Below are positions 10,443 through 20,065 of a stretch of DNA of 37,358 nt, piece after piece (positions within the stretch are counted from its first letter, which is position 1; every line of letters begins with the position of its first letter). The position numbers were made by a program, and so were the translations under genes. The notes below the pieces were generated by a model. It did no database searches, was not told the origin of the DNA, and worked only from the letters and a program-made list of their open reading frames with translations. The stretch is from an uncultured Verrucomicrobiales bacterium (lineage in GTDB: Bacteria; Verrucomicrobiota; Verrucomicrobiia; Verrucomicrobiales; DEV007): assembly GCA_938091905.1 (NCBI GenBank), contig CALKOM010000008.1, forward strand, positions 1-37,358. Direction: 5' to 3'.

Positions 10443-11128
10443 ATGAATGTATGACTCTGGATCACGAGTAGGCTAGTGCTGGGATTGGTTCTGGTAGGCG
10501 TGGTTTAGGCTCGGGAATTCACGAATCCGTAAGGCTAGAAGATGGAAGCCGAGCCCATCGGCGTAGCTGCGGGCAAGGTGATTTTCGAGAAAGCCCATGG
10601 GAAGAGGTGTACCTACGCTCTGAATCAGCTCATTCAGGATGATCGGGCTTATCTCAAGGAATAGGTCAGGACTTCAAAGACCCCTGGGAATCCTCTGACG
10701 ACTTCGCAGAGGCGGTGCTGACTGGTAAACGACGCGACATGTCCGTCGCCCCTGCGAAGTCGTCAGAGGATTCCCGTGCCTAAGAAGTCGTGCTCAAGAA
10801 TGATGCGAGCGAAGCGAACGATGGCTTGATTGTTTGCTACATGCTGATCCCATCGCGCATCAATCGTAGTGCTGCTCATAGGAAGGGTTCTCGAAAGCCC
10901 TTGATCGGGAAGGTTAGGATGGAGACGATTTTGAAGGGAGGGCGCGAGGTTTTTCGAACAAAGTCAGTGATGTTGAACAGCTTGAAACTCGATGGCGAGA
11001 ATGGACGGATCTGTTGGGAGGGCCAGCTGGTGGATGGGAATTTTCACTTCTTCTGCGCCGATAAGCTCGTTTCCTCACACTACAAGGATGAAGGGACACC
11101 AAGACCTGAAGATGTCGTGGGCGATTAA
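10443..11128 (+). pseudogene. Decayed paralogue of the SHD1-like gene at 8327-9055
   Basis: Reads MNV*LWITSRLVLGLVLVGVV*AREFTNP*G*KMEAEPIGVAAGKVIFEKAHGK...YLKE*...KSSEDSRA*EVVLKN...KDEGTPRPEDV, colinear with 8327-9055. Stops at 10452, 10506, 10530, 10536, 10662 and 10781; frameshift near 10710. Confidence 0.92.
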
Positions 11129-11201
11129 GAAAAGAAAGGTCGTTCGTAGAGGGGCGCTCCGTCATCGTTTAGTCGCTCTTGAAGGATTCGCCGTCTGGGT
11201 C

Positions 11202-12766
11202 TCACAGACGGAACAGTTTGCCGCCGTGGACGATCAATGGCGTGTTCCAGTATTGCACCGATTGAGCCGCCAAGCTCGCGGCGCGGCCGTAGTTTGCGAT
11301 GCTCAGATCAAGGCAGCGTAGAAAACACAGGGCATAGTAGCCGCCGTAGCGTGCTTGCCATGTCTGCGCTCCGGGAGAGGATTGAGTGATCAATGTTAGC
11401 TGCTTGGAGAGCTTCTCGTCGGCCCGTTCTTGAAGCAGTCGCTCCAGCGCAACGGCTTGATCCCCGGAGTGGCAGGCCAAGGTGGTGATGAGAAAAGTGA
11501 TCTCTGGATGCTGGTCTGCCAGCCGTAAGAAATCCTCAGCTGTGATTGGGGTGTCTGATAGGTGAATGCCTTCGTCGTCACCATGGGCCACCAGATCCAA
11601 GTGAATGTGGGTGAGATTTTCATGGGCCTCCACGGCGTCTGTGACCAGTTGGTGCAGGCTTTCTTGGTCTGTTTTTCCTAACACCGGCGGAAAGTTGATC
11701 ATGTGAGGCCCGTGCAAATCCTTAAGGCCACTCGCGCGTAGCAAGCGCACAGCCAAGCTCGCGCCAATGATCCGCCCTCCTGTGTCGGCGACGACACAGG
11801 TAGACGCCGTGGATGCGTCCTCTTATGGGAAAGTGACAGGATTGGCGCGGAGCCATTTGATCTGCTCTAGGCCCAATTCGGATGGGGCCGTTATGTGTTG
11901 ATCCAAGGTATTCTCGTTCACGATATCCTCAAATTCATTGAGCGTGAAGCTCCCGAAGGCGTGGAGCTGATCCAATTGGCGCACCTGGCCCCCCTGGACA
12001 ACGCCTGATTCCCAGAATCGCACACGGTAGCCAACGCCAGACGAGGATGTGAGGACATAGATGTCCATGCCATCTTCCGCGTTCTCGTCCTTGTTTACAG
12101 CGTCGAATTGTGCGGCCATCTTGGCCTCGCAATCCTGGCGATCTTGATCGTGCCTCCACTCGTCATTGCTCTTTTGGATTGCGGCGATCAGGGCTTCTAC
12201 CAGATCGATCCTTTCAAAATAACTGATGTGAGTGATAGCCAAGTCAAAACACCTGCGAATGGCTCCCTGAAGCTTCGCGGCATCCGCTTCGTGCAACAAC
12301 GGCAGGAGCCCATGGGAGAGAGTCACATATTCAGAGAACGGCAGCGCCTCGATCTTCTTAGAGCTGGCACTCACACGGTTCCAGACGTTGGACGACATCA
12401 AATCTATCTGTTTGGAATTCGCCTTCGATCGTGACCGTCGGCGTGGATCAAATACGGGTATGGTGTAGGCAAATAGGCACCACTCCGCTCGTTCTCGGAC
12501 CGACTCTGGTCGATTCGTGTCACAGCGGAAACGCAGGTAGTTGGCGAAGGCGCGCTGTTCGGACGTCTGAAGATTGACAAACAAGCCCTCCGTGGGCATG
12601 AAGCTATTAGCGAAATGGGCGTCTGTTAGGAATTGGCAGCGCTCCCAGGAGTTCTCCGCAAAACTCTCCTCGGAATGCCACCACCACGTCTACTGAAAGA
12701 AAGCTAAGAGCCCTCTTGCGACGAGCTCGACAAAACGGTCCAGATGATGGTCCAACAGCGTCTCAT
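11202..12766 (-). pseudogene. Interrupted gene of roughly 520 aa with a C-terminal caspase/legumain-fold (clan CD, C13-like) cysteine protease domain
   Basis: ORFs 12690-12923, 11823-12599 and 11202-11756 share one frame, broken only by TAG 12690-12692 and TAA 11823-11825. Probable start ATG 12766 in another frame (MRRCWTIIWTVL). C-terminus has HLDLVAHGD ... FLITTLACHSG. Confidence 0.7.
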
Positions 12767-13211
12767 GAGATCTGTGAGGAATGAAACGTAGGGGCGACCG
12801 CGAGCAGAGTGATTTCCGATCGAGGCTCCTGAGTGGCGGGCCAAGGCAAGTCCCACAGAGTTCCACCGTCTCTCCCATCCATGCGCGCGGGGGGGAGTAC
12901 GAGCCCCTCGCCATGGCGACCACTTTTTTACCATGGCGGGGTATCTTGGGAATCCTTGTCGGCGCCTTGGCCGATCGATCCTGTTGGCCTTGGCTAGGCT
13001 ACCCGTTTGCCGCTTGCAGGCGTTCAGTGGTGGCAAACGGGCTTGGTCGTCCCAGCCTTGTCTCGCTGTAGCAGCGCTGGTGACCGGAGAACGAGACTGG
13101 TGGTGGAGCGAGGTATCGGCGATATGGGGGGCTATTACACTCCAGAAAGGGGGCATTGTGGACTGAAAGAGGAGAGTCGTACGTCCACAGACCGCCTCTT
13201 GGTGGGTGAGC

Positions 13212-13229
13212 TTGTGAAACTTTTCACAA
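13212..13229. promoter_or_regulatory. Rex-type operator TTGTGAA-N4-TTCACAA upstream of nuoDEF
   Basis: TTGTGAAACTTTTCACAA is a perfect 7-4-7 palindrome matching the Rex consensus, ending 54 bp before the nuoD ATG. Confidence 0.8.
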
Positions 13230-13236
13230 ATTCGTC

Positions 13237-13264
13237 TTGCCCGGGAAGGGGGTGCCCCTAGCTT
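13237..13264 (+). promoter_or_regulatory. Candidate sigma70 promoter for nuoDEF
   Basis: TTGCCC-N16-TAGCTT directly downstream of the palindrome; weak consensus match. Confidence 0.35.
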
Positions 13265-13283
13265 GTGCCGAAAGCGACTAAGT

Positions 13284-14543
13284 ATGGCTAAAACGGTCAC
13301 CGAAATCGAGTCCCCCGACACCGCTGCACGCGCGCAGCAGCAGATGGCCAGCTATGAGGCGACCACCGAGGATTTGGTGGGCGAAAAGCTGACTCTAAAT
13401 ATGGGGCCATCCCACCCAGCCACCCACGGGGTGCTGCGGCTTATTCTTGAGCTCGATGGCGAGATCATCACGAAGGCGATTCCCGACGTGGGCTTTCTCC
13501 ACCGGGGTGACGAGAAGATCGCGGAGAACATGCATTACAACCAGTTCGTGCCTTACACGGACCGGCTAGATTATCTTGCGCCACTGTCGAACAACGTGGC
13601 CTATGCCTGTGCGGTGGAGAAGTTGATGGGCTGGGTGCTGCCCGAGCGTGGCCAGGCACTGCGGGTGCTGTGCTGCGAATTAGGGCGAATTTCTGCGCAC
13701 ATGCTTGGCGTGGGCTGCTTCGCGATGGACGTGGGCGCCATGACGGTGTTCCTCTACACCTTCCAGCAGCGCGAGCATGTTTACAATTTGGCTGAGCAAA
13801 TCTCGGGAGCACGCTTTACTACGTCCTACACCCGTGTAGGTGGCCAGACGCGTGATATTTCTGAGAAGACTCTGAAGGAAGTGGGTGAGTTCCTCGATCA
13901 GCTCGAACCCGTGATCGAGGAAGTGGATGCGCTTCTGACGCGAAACAAGATCTTCATCGATCGTACTGAAGGTGTTGGCACGGTCACAAAGGAAGATGCT
14001 ATTTCCTTTGGTCTGACGGGCCCGAACCTGCGTGGTTGTGGGGTGGACCACGATTTGCGTAAGGCGAATCCCTACCTCGGCTACGAGAAGTACGATTTCG
14101 ACGTTCCGATTGGTAGCAAGGGTGACTCATTCGACCGGTATCTCGTGCGGATGGAAGAAATGCGTCAGAGTGTGAAGATTCTCCGCCAGGTCTTGGCGAA
14201 CATGCCGCAGGGCGAAATTAACGTGGTCGATCCCAAGAATCGCCTTCCGCGGAAGGAACGCGTTATGATGAACATGGAAGAATTGATCCACCACTTCATC
14301 GTCGCGACCCAGGGCATCGACGCGCCTGAGGGCGAGGTCTACTTTGGGGCAGAGAACCCGAAGGGTGAGTTAGGTTTTTATATCAATAGTAAGGGTGGCG
14401 GTGTGCCGCACCGGTTGAAGATTCGCAGCCCCTCATTTGTGAACTTAAGTATCCTGCCCAAGATGTTGCCTGGGCACATGATGAGTGACGTCGTGGCCAT
14501 CCTTGGAAGCCTGGACTTCGTCATGGGCGAGTGTGATCGCTAA
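13284..14543 (+). CDS. nuoD: NADH-quinone oxidoreductase subunit D
   Basis: LNMGPSHPATHGVLRL, GFLHRGDEK, YTDRLDY, ENPKGELG, GSLDFVMGECDR. ATG at 13284. Confidence 0.97.
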   Translation: MAKTVTEIESPDTAARAQQQMASYEATTEDLVGEKLTLNMGPSHPATHGVLRLILELDGEIITKAIPDVGFLHRGDEKIAENMHYNQFVPYTDRLDYLAPLSNNVAYACAVEKLMGWVLPERGQALRVLCCELGRISAHMLGVGCFAMDVGAMTVFLYTFQQREHVYNLAEQISGARFTTSYTRVGGQTRDISEKTLKEVGEFLDQLEPVIEEVDALLTRNKIFIDRTEGVGTVTKEDAISFGLTGPNLRGCGVDHDLRKANPYLGYEKYDFDVPIGSKGDSFDRYLVRMEEMRQSVKILRQVLANMPQGEINVVDPKNRLPRKERVMMNMEELIHHFIVATQGIDAPEGEVYFGAENPKGELGFYINSKGGGVPHRLKIRSPSFVNLSILPKMLPGHMMSDVVAILGSLDFVMGECDR

Positions 14544-14590
14544 AATGAACGCGAGAGCATCAATGAAAGACTGACCGATTTCGTTAGGCC

Positions 14591-15085
14591 ATGGACATTC
14601 CCGCAGATCTCGAAACTAAGATCAACGAAGCTATCTCGCATTACCCCGTTTCCAAGCGAAGCGCGGTGTTGCCGGTGCTTCATTTGCTACAGCATCACTT
14701 CGGCTTCGTCAGCGAAGAAGGGGTGACCTACGCGGCGGAGAAACTGGGCCTGGAGCCTATCAATGTGCTGGAAGTGGTGACTTTTTATCCGGGATTTCGT
14801 CAGTGTGCCCCTGGCAAATATCACATTCGTGTTTGTCGCACGCTCAGCTGTGCGATGTCGGGCAGCTATGAATTGATGGACAAGCTTTGCTCCGAGGCGG
14901 GGATTGATCGCTCCACCGTGACGCATCACGATCCTATCGCGGTGAGTAAGGATGGCAAATACAGCATTGAGTTTGCCGAGTGCCTGGCAAGCTGTGGCTT
15001 TGGCCCAGTCTGCTTGGTTAATGACGAGTTTCACGAAAAGGTCGAGCCTGAAAAAGCCAAGGGGCTCCTTAATCAGTATTCCTAA
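14591..15085 (+). CDS. nuoE: NADH-quinone oxidoreductase subunit E
   Basis: RSAVLPVLH, EVVTFY, and 2Fe-2S ligands CRTLSC and ECLASC. Confidence 0.95.
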   Translation: MDIPADLETKINEAISHYPVSKRSAVLPVLHLLQHHFGFVSEEGVTYAAEKLGLEPINVLEVVTFYPGFRQCAPGKYHIRVCRTLSCAMSGSYELMDKLCSEAGIDRSTVTHHDPIAVSKDGKYSIEFAECLASCGFGPVCLVNDEFHEKVEPEKAKGLLNQYS

Positions 15086-15098
15086 AACACGAGTGATC

Positions 15099-16511
15099 AT
15101 GGGTGACATCAAGTATCTCCAAGGCAAACAACCACACGCACGCGAGAAACGTCTGATCTTTCGCAACATCGACCGCGAAGGCTGGGACACCAGCATCGAG
15201 CGGTATGTTAAGGAAGGAGGCTATGATCAAGCCAAGAAGGCGCTTAAGATGGAGCCCAAGGCGGTAACTGACGAAGTGAAAGGCTCTGGACTTCGTGGAC
15301 GTGGTGGGGCCGGTTTCCCCACAGGGGTGAAGTGGGGTTTCATTCCACCTAAAAACACCAAGCCGGTCTACCTCATCTGCAATGCTGATGAGTCTGAGCC
15401 TGGCACGTTTAAGGATCGCTACATCTTGCACCAAGATCCGCATCAACTGATCGAGGGAATGATCATCTCTTCTTTTGCGGTCGGAGCGCATCTCGCCTAC
15501 ATCTATGTGAGGGAAGAATTCCCCGAGGCGGCGCAAATTCTTGAAAAGGCTATCGCCGAGGCGCATGAGAAGGGATTTCTTGGCAAGGACATTCAAGGCA
15601 GTGGCTTCGATCTTGAGATTTATGTGCATCGCGGTGCCGGAGCCTACATTTGCGGCGAAGAGACCGGTTTGATCGAGTCTCTCGAAGGCAAGCGTCCGTA
15701 CCCAAGGATCAAGCCACCTTATTTCCCGGCAGCTTTGGGACTCTACATGAGCCCTACCATTGTAAACAACGTGGAAACGTTGTGCCATGTGAAGCACATT
15801 ATTGAGATGGGCGGCGAGGAATACGCCAAGCTTGGCACTCCGCGCAATACGGGCACGCGCATCCTTTGCGTCAGTGGCGATGTGCAGAAGCCCGGTTACT
15901 ACGAGGTCGAGGTTGGCAAGCTGACTTTCGGTGAATTGCTCAATGACGTCTGCGGCGGTCTGCTTCCTGGCAGAAAGCTCAAAGCTGTCATTCCTGGCGG
16001 TAGTTCTGCGAAAGTGTTGAAAGCTGATGAGCGTTTCAAAATCAAGAAGGGTGATGAAGAAGTCGAGATCGGTGTCGAAGACATTCCAATGGACTTTGAC
16101 ACGCTCATGGCTTGCGGCTCGATGGCCGGTTCAGGTGGCGTCATCATCATGGATGACAGCCGCTCCATGTCCTGGGTCTTGAACAACATCAACAATTTCT
16201 ACGCTCACGAAAGCTGTGGCCAATGCACGCCTTGCCGTGAGGGCTCTCTGTGGATGAAGAAGATCACTGACCGCATTGAAGCTGGTGGTGGCATGCCAAG
16301 TGATGTCGATACGTTAGCATCTGTCGCCAAGAACATCGATGGTCGTACGATTTGTGCGTTCGGTGAAGCTAGCTCTTGGCCAACTTCTAGCTTTGTCGCC
16401 AAATTCCGAGACGAGCTGATTGGGGCTACGGATGAGGCAAATGCGAGCAAGCCTTCGAATAAGGAGCAAGCAGCGCAACAGCGTTACCTGGCCGAAGAGC
16501 CAGTCGCTTAA
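15099..16511 (+). CDS. nuoF: NADH-quinone oxidoreductase subunit F
   Basis: SGLRGRGGAGFPTG, NADESEPGTFKDR, GAGAYICGEETGL, ESCGQCTPCREG...TICAFG. The likely start is ATG 15099; the ORF-track extension overlaps nuoE. Confidence 0.97.
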   Translation: MGDIKYLQGKQPHAREKRLIFRNIDREGWDTSIERYVKEGGYDQAKKALKMEPKAVTDEVKGSGLRGRGGAGFPTGVKWGFIPPKNTKPVYLICNADESEPGTFKDRYILHQDPHQLIEGMIISSFAVGAHLAYIYVREEFPEAAQILEKAIAEAHEKGFLGKDIQGSGFDLEIYVHRGAGAYICGEETGLIESLEGKRPYPRIKPPYFPAALGLYMSPTIVNNVETLCHVKHIIEMGGEEYAKLGTPRNTGTRILCVSGDVQKPGYYEVEVGKLTFGELLNDVCGGLLPGRKLKAVIPGGSSAKVLKADERFKIKKGDEEVEIGVEDIPMDFDTLMACGSMAGSGGVIIMDDSRSMSWVLNNINNFYAHESCGQCTPCREGSLWMKKITDRIEAGGGMPSDVDTLASVAKNIDGRTICAFGEASSWPTSSFVAKFRDELIGATDEANASKPSNKEQAAQQRYLAEEPVA

Positions 16512-16601
16512 CGTAGGGCGCTATTCCGATGTCGTCTTCTGGTTGTTGAGTTGGGGTAATCCCGATACCGCAACCACTCTGGAAAAGGGTAAGCTAATCA
16601 G

Positions 16602-17287
16602 TCATGTTGAAGATAGCCGAAACTCTAATCCAAGGAAGAGCGGCCAACCCGTGTATTTGCGGGCTCGCTCGGAGTCTTCGAGAAACGAATCCGCCGTACG
16701 TTCACTGATCCATTGCAAGGCAAAACCCCTTTGAGCCCTGCGCTGATATAATCTCCAATACGATGTGTGTCCCCAGCGATACGGTGCTGCTGCCCGTCTA
16801 TCGTCTTGTAGCCTGTTCGTGTCCCTTTGAGAAACATGTTGGGATGAATGGCGGAGGTCAGGACGATGCCGTGAGGCTTACACAGGCGGGCCATTTCTCT
16901 GAAGAATGCATTTACATCTTGGACATGCTCTAGCACTAGGCATGAAAGAACCAGATCAAATGTATCGTCCTTGAGTGGCCAGCTTCTCGATAGATCCTGA
17001 CAAACCCAAGTCACTTTGTCTGCTGCTGGCTTTGAGCGTGCTTGTGCTAGCATACCTTCGGAAAAATCGAAGCCGGTGACGTTGGCTCTAGATGTGGCTA
17101 AGGTAATGGCATGCCGACCTGTTCCACAGCCAACATCGAGAACTCTCTTTCCGGCTCGGTTGCGTAGACGTAGAACGATTTCTTCGTGATCCAGCCTGAT
17201 TAGCGGGTTGTCGTCTTGATCATAGAAGGTCGCCCATTCGTCGTAGCGCTCCTGGGTGTCTACCGCCAGTACGGGTTGATTACTAAT
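16602..17287 (-). pseudogene. Class I SAM-dependent methyltransferase; ATT at the expected start and a C-terminal frameshift
   Basis: Open frame from ATT 17287: ISNQPV...YDEWATFYDQDDNPL...RVLDVGCGTGRHA...GFDFSEGMLAQAR...FDLVLSCLVLEHV. No ATG/GTG/TTG lies between it and the upstream TGA. After a shift near 16727 it reads GFALQWISER...RARKYTGWPLFLGLEFRLSST* (TGA 16602-16604). Confidence 0.8.
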
Positions 17288-17498
17288 AGGGCAGCTTTTT
17301 GTTCACCTGACAGATCACGACCATGCCTCCACCAGCAACTTCCTCAAGGATCTCGTAGCGTTCAGTCAGAGCCGTTTCTGGTTTGTAACGCTCTTGCATT
17401 ATATATAGAGTTTAAACCAGTCACGCTCCTTGGCGAGCCTCATCGGTCATTGGAGAATTGCTTGCCCGGAGAATCCTCGTGGGATACACGGTTAGGCC

Positions 17499-17936
17499 AT
17501 GAAACTCCTTTGGAACTGGCTCCGGCGAAAAGTATCGGACCCTCGAGAGCTTGAGTATGGGCCTCCGTGGCAGTCCAAATCCGTGCTCGCCTCCGGGCTC
17601 GCAGCTGGCGCGGGCGCATTGGGAGTGGTGGGTAGTTCTTCCCCGCTACTGATGGGCTTCGGTGGGAGCTACCTTGGTGGGTTTGTCATTGGCTGGTGCG
17701 TTCGCCGCTTTGTTAAGGCAGCGTTTGTCTGTGCGGGCGTGGCGCTCTTGGCAATTGGTTTCATGAAATCGACGGGCTGGATCGCTATCGATTGGGCAGG
17801 TGTCGAATCTTGGGTTCATCAGACCTTACAATCGCTCCAATCTGGAGCGGAAGGGCTCAAGCAAGTGCTCATGGGCTATTTGCCCTCTGCGGGAGCAGGC
17901 TCTGCAGGAATCTTCTTTGGATTTCGCAAGAAGTAG
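17499..17936 (+). CDS. FUN14-family small membrane protein
   Basis: Pattern GGSYLGGFVIGWCVRRFVK...G(hydrophobic)...GWIAIDW...LPSAGAGSAGIFFGF matches the FUN14 architecture as I recall it. Confidence 0.75.
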   Translation: MKLLWNWLRRKVSDPRELEYGPPWQSKSVLASGLAAGAGALGVVGSSSPLLMGFGGSYLGGFVIGWCVRRFVKAAFVCAGVALLAIGFMKSTGWIAIDWAGVESWVHQTLQSLQSGAEGLKQVLMGYLPSAGAGSAGIFFGFRKK

Positions 17937-18232
17937 GCTGGATTAGGCCTGGTGGCTGATCGAGCGGTAAGTGGAAGCGGGTTTTGACGCCGTCCGACCA
18001 TGAAGTGCATCCTTAGGGACATTGTTTGTCGCATCGGCCCGATCTTTCCCCCTCTGGCGCTCTTAGAGTGTGTTAGAGCGTGCCGAGTAAGTCTGTGGTC
18101 GTTCACGTTCTTACGCTTGGCTTCCTTGGCGTCTTCGCGTGATCGTCACGGAGAGAAGTGGGAAGCTTGGGGCGGAATCGAAGTCCTCGAATTTACGTTG
18201 AGCTGCGGGTGACTCGGCGCTTAGCATTAGGC

Positions 18233-20065
18233 ATGCGCTTATTCGTGGTTCGTTCGTTGGTCGTCCTCTCTGTTCTCCATGGAGTGGCGGCTGCCAGTCC
18301 GAATATCTTGTGGCTTTCCTGTGAGGATATCAGCCCTCAATTGGGATGCTTTGGTGATGAGCGGGCAATTACTCCACACTTGGATGCCTTTGCGAAGGAA
18401 GCCGTGCGGTTCCCAAATACCTTTACCACTGCAGGTGTATGCGCGCCATGTCGTTCAGGGATCATCACAGGAATGTATCAGACAACCTTGGGAACGCATC
18501 ACATGCGTTGCCAGGCAACGTTGCCGTCTCATATTCGTCCCTTTCCCGCCTACCTTCGGGACGCAGGTTATTTCTGTACGAATAATTCGAAGCAGGACTA
18601 CCAGTTTCGTACGCCAAAGGATGTTTGGGATGTGTCTAGCAAGCGGGCGCACTGGCGAGACAACCTCGATTCCGAAAAGCCGTTCTTTGCCGTGTTTAAC
18701 TTCGGAGGGTGTCACGAAAGTGGCATCGCGGGAGACGCCAAGTATCGTGATGTGACGAAGAATCTCTCCGTAGATCAGCGTCAGGATCCGGCGAAGTTAA
18801 CATTGCCACCTTACTACCCGGACACGCCGGTGGTGCGAGAGGACTGGAAGCGAAACTATGAATTGATCACAGCGATGGACGCGTGGGCGGGGGATTTGAT
18901 TCAGCAGTTGAAAGACGATGGCCTCTACGAGAATACCATCATCTTCTACTGGTCAGATCACGGCGTCGGATTGCCAAGGGCGAAGCGCTGGCTCTACGAC
19001 TCCGGGACACGAGTGCCTCTAATCGTGCGAGTGCCGGGCGTGACTAAGGCAAACACGATTGATCCACAGCTGATCAGCTCGATCGATTTCGCGCCGACGG
19101 TGCTAAACTTGGCTGGTTTGAAACTGCCCAAGCATTTTCAGGGGCGTGCGTTCCTTGGGACGGATCTCTCGGACAAGCGTCAGTATGTGTATGGAGCGCG
19201 GGATCGCATGGATGAGCGTTATGATATCATTCGCTCGGTGCGTGACAGTCGCTACCGCTATATTCGCAACTACGAGCCTAACAAGGCCTACTATCAGTAT
19301 ATGAATACTCCGGAGAAGGGGGCGACGATGAAAGAGCTTCGTCGAGTAGCGAAAGAAGGAACTTTGACGGACGCTGCCGCTTTGTTTATGGCAGACCGAA
19401 AGCCGACGGAAGAGCTCTACGACCTTGAGGAGGACCCGCACGAGGTTCAGAATCTCGCCGGGGATGCCGCGATGAAGGAGAAACTGGATCGCCTGCGAGA
19501 CGTGCATTTGCAATGGGTGGCTGACACACGTGACATGGGGCTTCTGCCTGAGGCGGAGATTGAGCGACGTGAGCAAAGCGTAGAGAGTCGCTACGCCATT
19601 CTTAATGGCTCAGATGGACTAGCGCTCATGCAGCGCTTGCGTGACACGGCGAATCTAACGGATCCTAGCGCTCTAGCAAAGGCGCTGTCTGATCAGGATG
19701 CTGGAGTACGCTACTGGGCGGCGACAGGTTTGGGCAATGGACGGGTAAGTGACCAGGCGATCCTTGAGAAGCTTGTAGATCTCCTTGAAGACAAGACTGC
19801 GGCCGTGCGCGTGGCTGCGGCGCGAGCGCTTTGCCATGCAGGCAAGCCAGAGGAGGCATTGCCGGTGTTGGCAAATGTCCTTGCGGATGGTGCCCAATGG
19901 GCCCGATTACAAGCCGCTATCGTTTTTGATGAGATTGATAACTTGGCCTATCCCCATATTCCGCTGCTGCAGCGGTGTCTTTCTGATCAGCCGAATAAGT
20001 ATATTACCCGCGTAGCGAATCGTGCTCTGAATGACTTGTTAGGCACTGCCTACGTTACGAAGTAG
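18233..20065 (+). CDS. Secreted Cys-type sulfatase with C-terminal HEAT-like repeats
   Basis: Signal peptide, PNILWLSCED, CAPCR formylglycine motif, SDHG, EELYDLEEDPHE. C-terminal LSDQDAGVRYWAATGLG and LEDKTAAVRVAAARAL repeats. Confidence 0.92.
   Translation: MRLFVVRSLVVLSVLHGVAAASPNILWLSCEDISPQLGCFGDERAITPHLDAFAKEAVRFPNTFTTAGVCAPCRSGIITGMYQTTLGTHHMRCQATLPSHIRPFPAYLRDAGYFCTNNSKQDYQFRTPKDVWDVSSKRAHWRDNLDSEKPFFAVFNFGGCHESGIAGDAKYRDVTKNLSVDQRQDPAKLTLPPYYPDTPVVREDWKRNYELITAMDAWAGDLIQQLKDDGLYENTIIFYWSDHGVGLPRAKRWLYDSGTRVPLIVRVPGVTKANTIDPQLISSIDFAPTVLNLAGLKLPKHFQGRAFLGTDLSDKRQYVYGARDRMDERYDIIRSVRDSRYRYIRNYEPNKAYYQYMNTPEKGATMKELRRVAKEGTLTDAAALFMADRKPTEELYDLEEDPHEVQNLAGDAAMKEKLDRLRDVHLQWVADTRDMGLLPEAEIERREQSVESRYAILNGSDGLALMQRLRDTANLTDPSALAKALSDQDAGVRYWAATGLGNGRVSDQAILEKLVDLLEDKTAAVRVAAARALCHAGKPEEALPVLANVLADGAQWARLQAAIVFDEIDNLAYPHIPLLQRCLSDQPNKYITRVANRALNDLLGTAYVTK

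Noticed and set aside
8327..11128. Composite transposon carrying thrC between direct repeats
   Set aside because: The flanks are diverged protein-coding paralogues; I saw no transposase, terminal inverted repeats or target-site duplication.
13099..13110. CTCCACCA on the minus strand, like a tRNA/tmRNA 3' end
   Set aside because: No T-arm (GTTCGA) before it and no cloverleaf.
13169..13192. GAGGAGAGTCGTACGTCCACAGA resembles the 5' conserved region of RNase P RNA; CTGAAAGA resembles a hammerhead core
   Set aside because: Conserved positions mismatch, an RNase P RNA would run deep into nuoD, and CUGANGA is not matched.
12704..13321. 205-aa minus-strand ORF and the many other short or antisense ORFs in the track
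   Set aside because: They overlap well-supported genes or regulatory sites and show no recognisable motifs, so I treated them as shadow ORFs.
14952..15098. N-terminal extension of NuoF in the ORF track
   Set aside because: It overlaps nuoE and does not look like NuoF; ATG 15099 is the better start.
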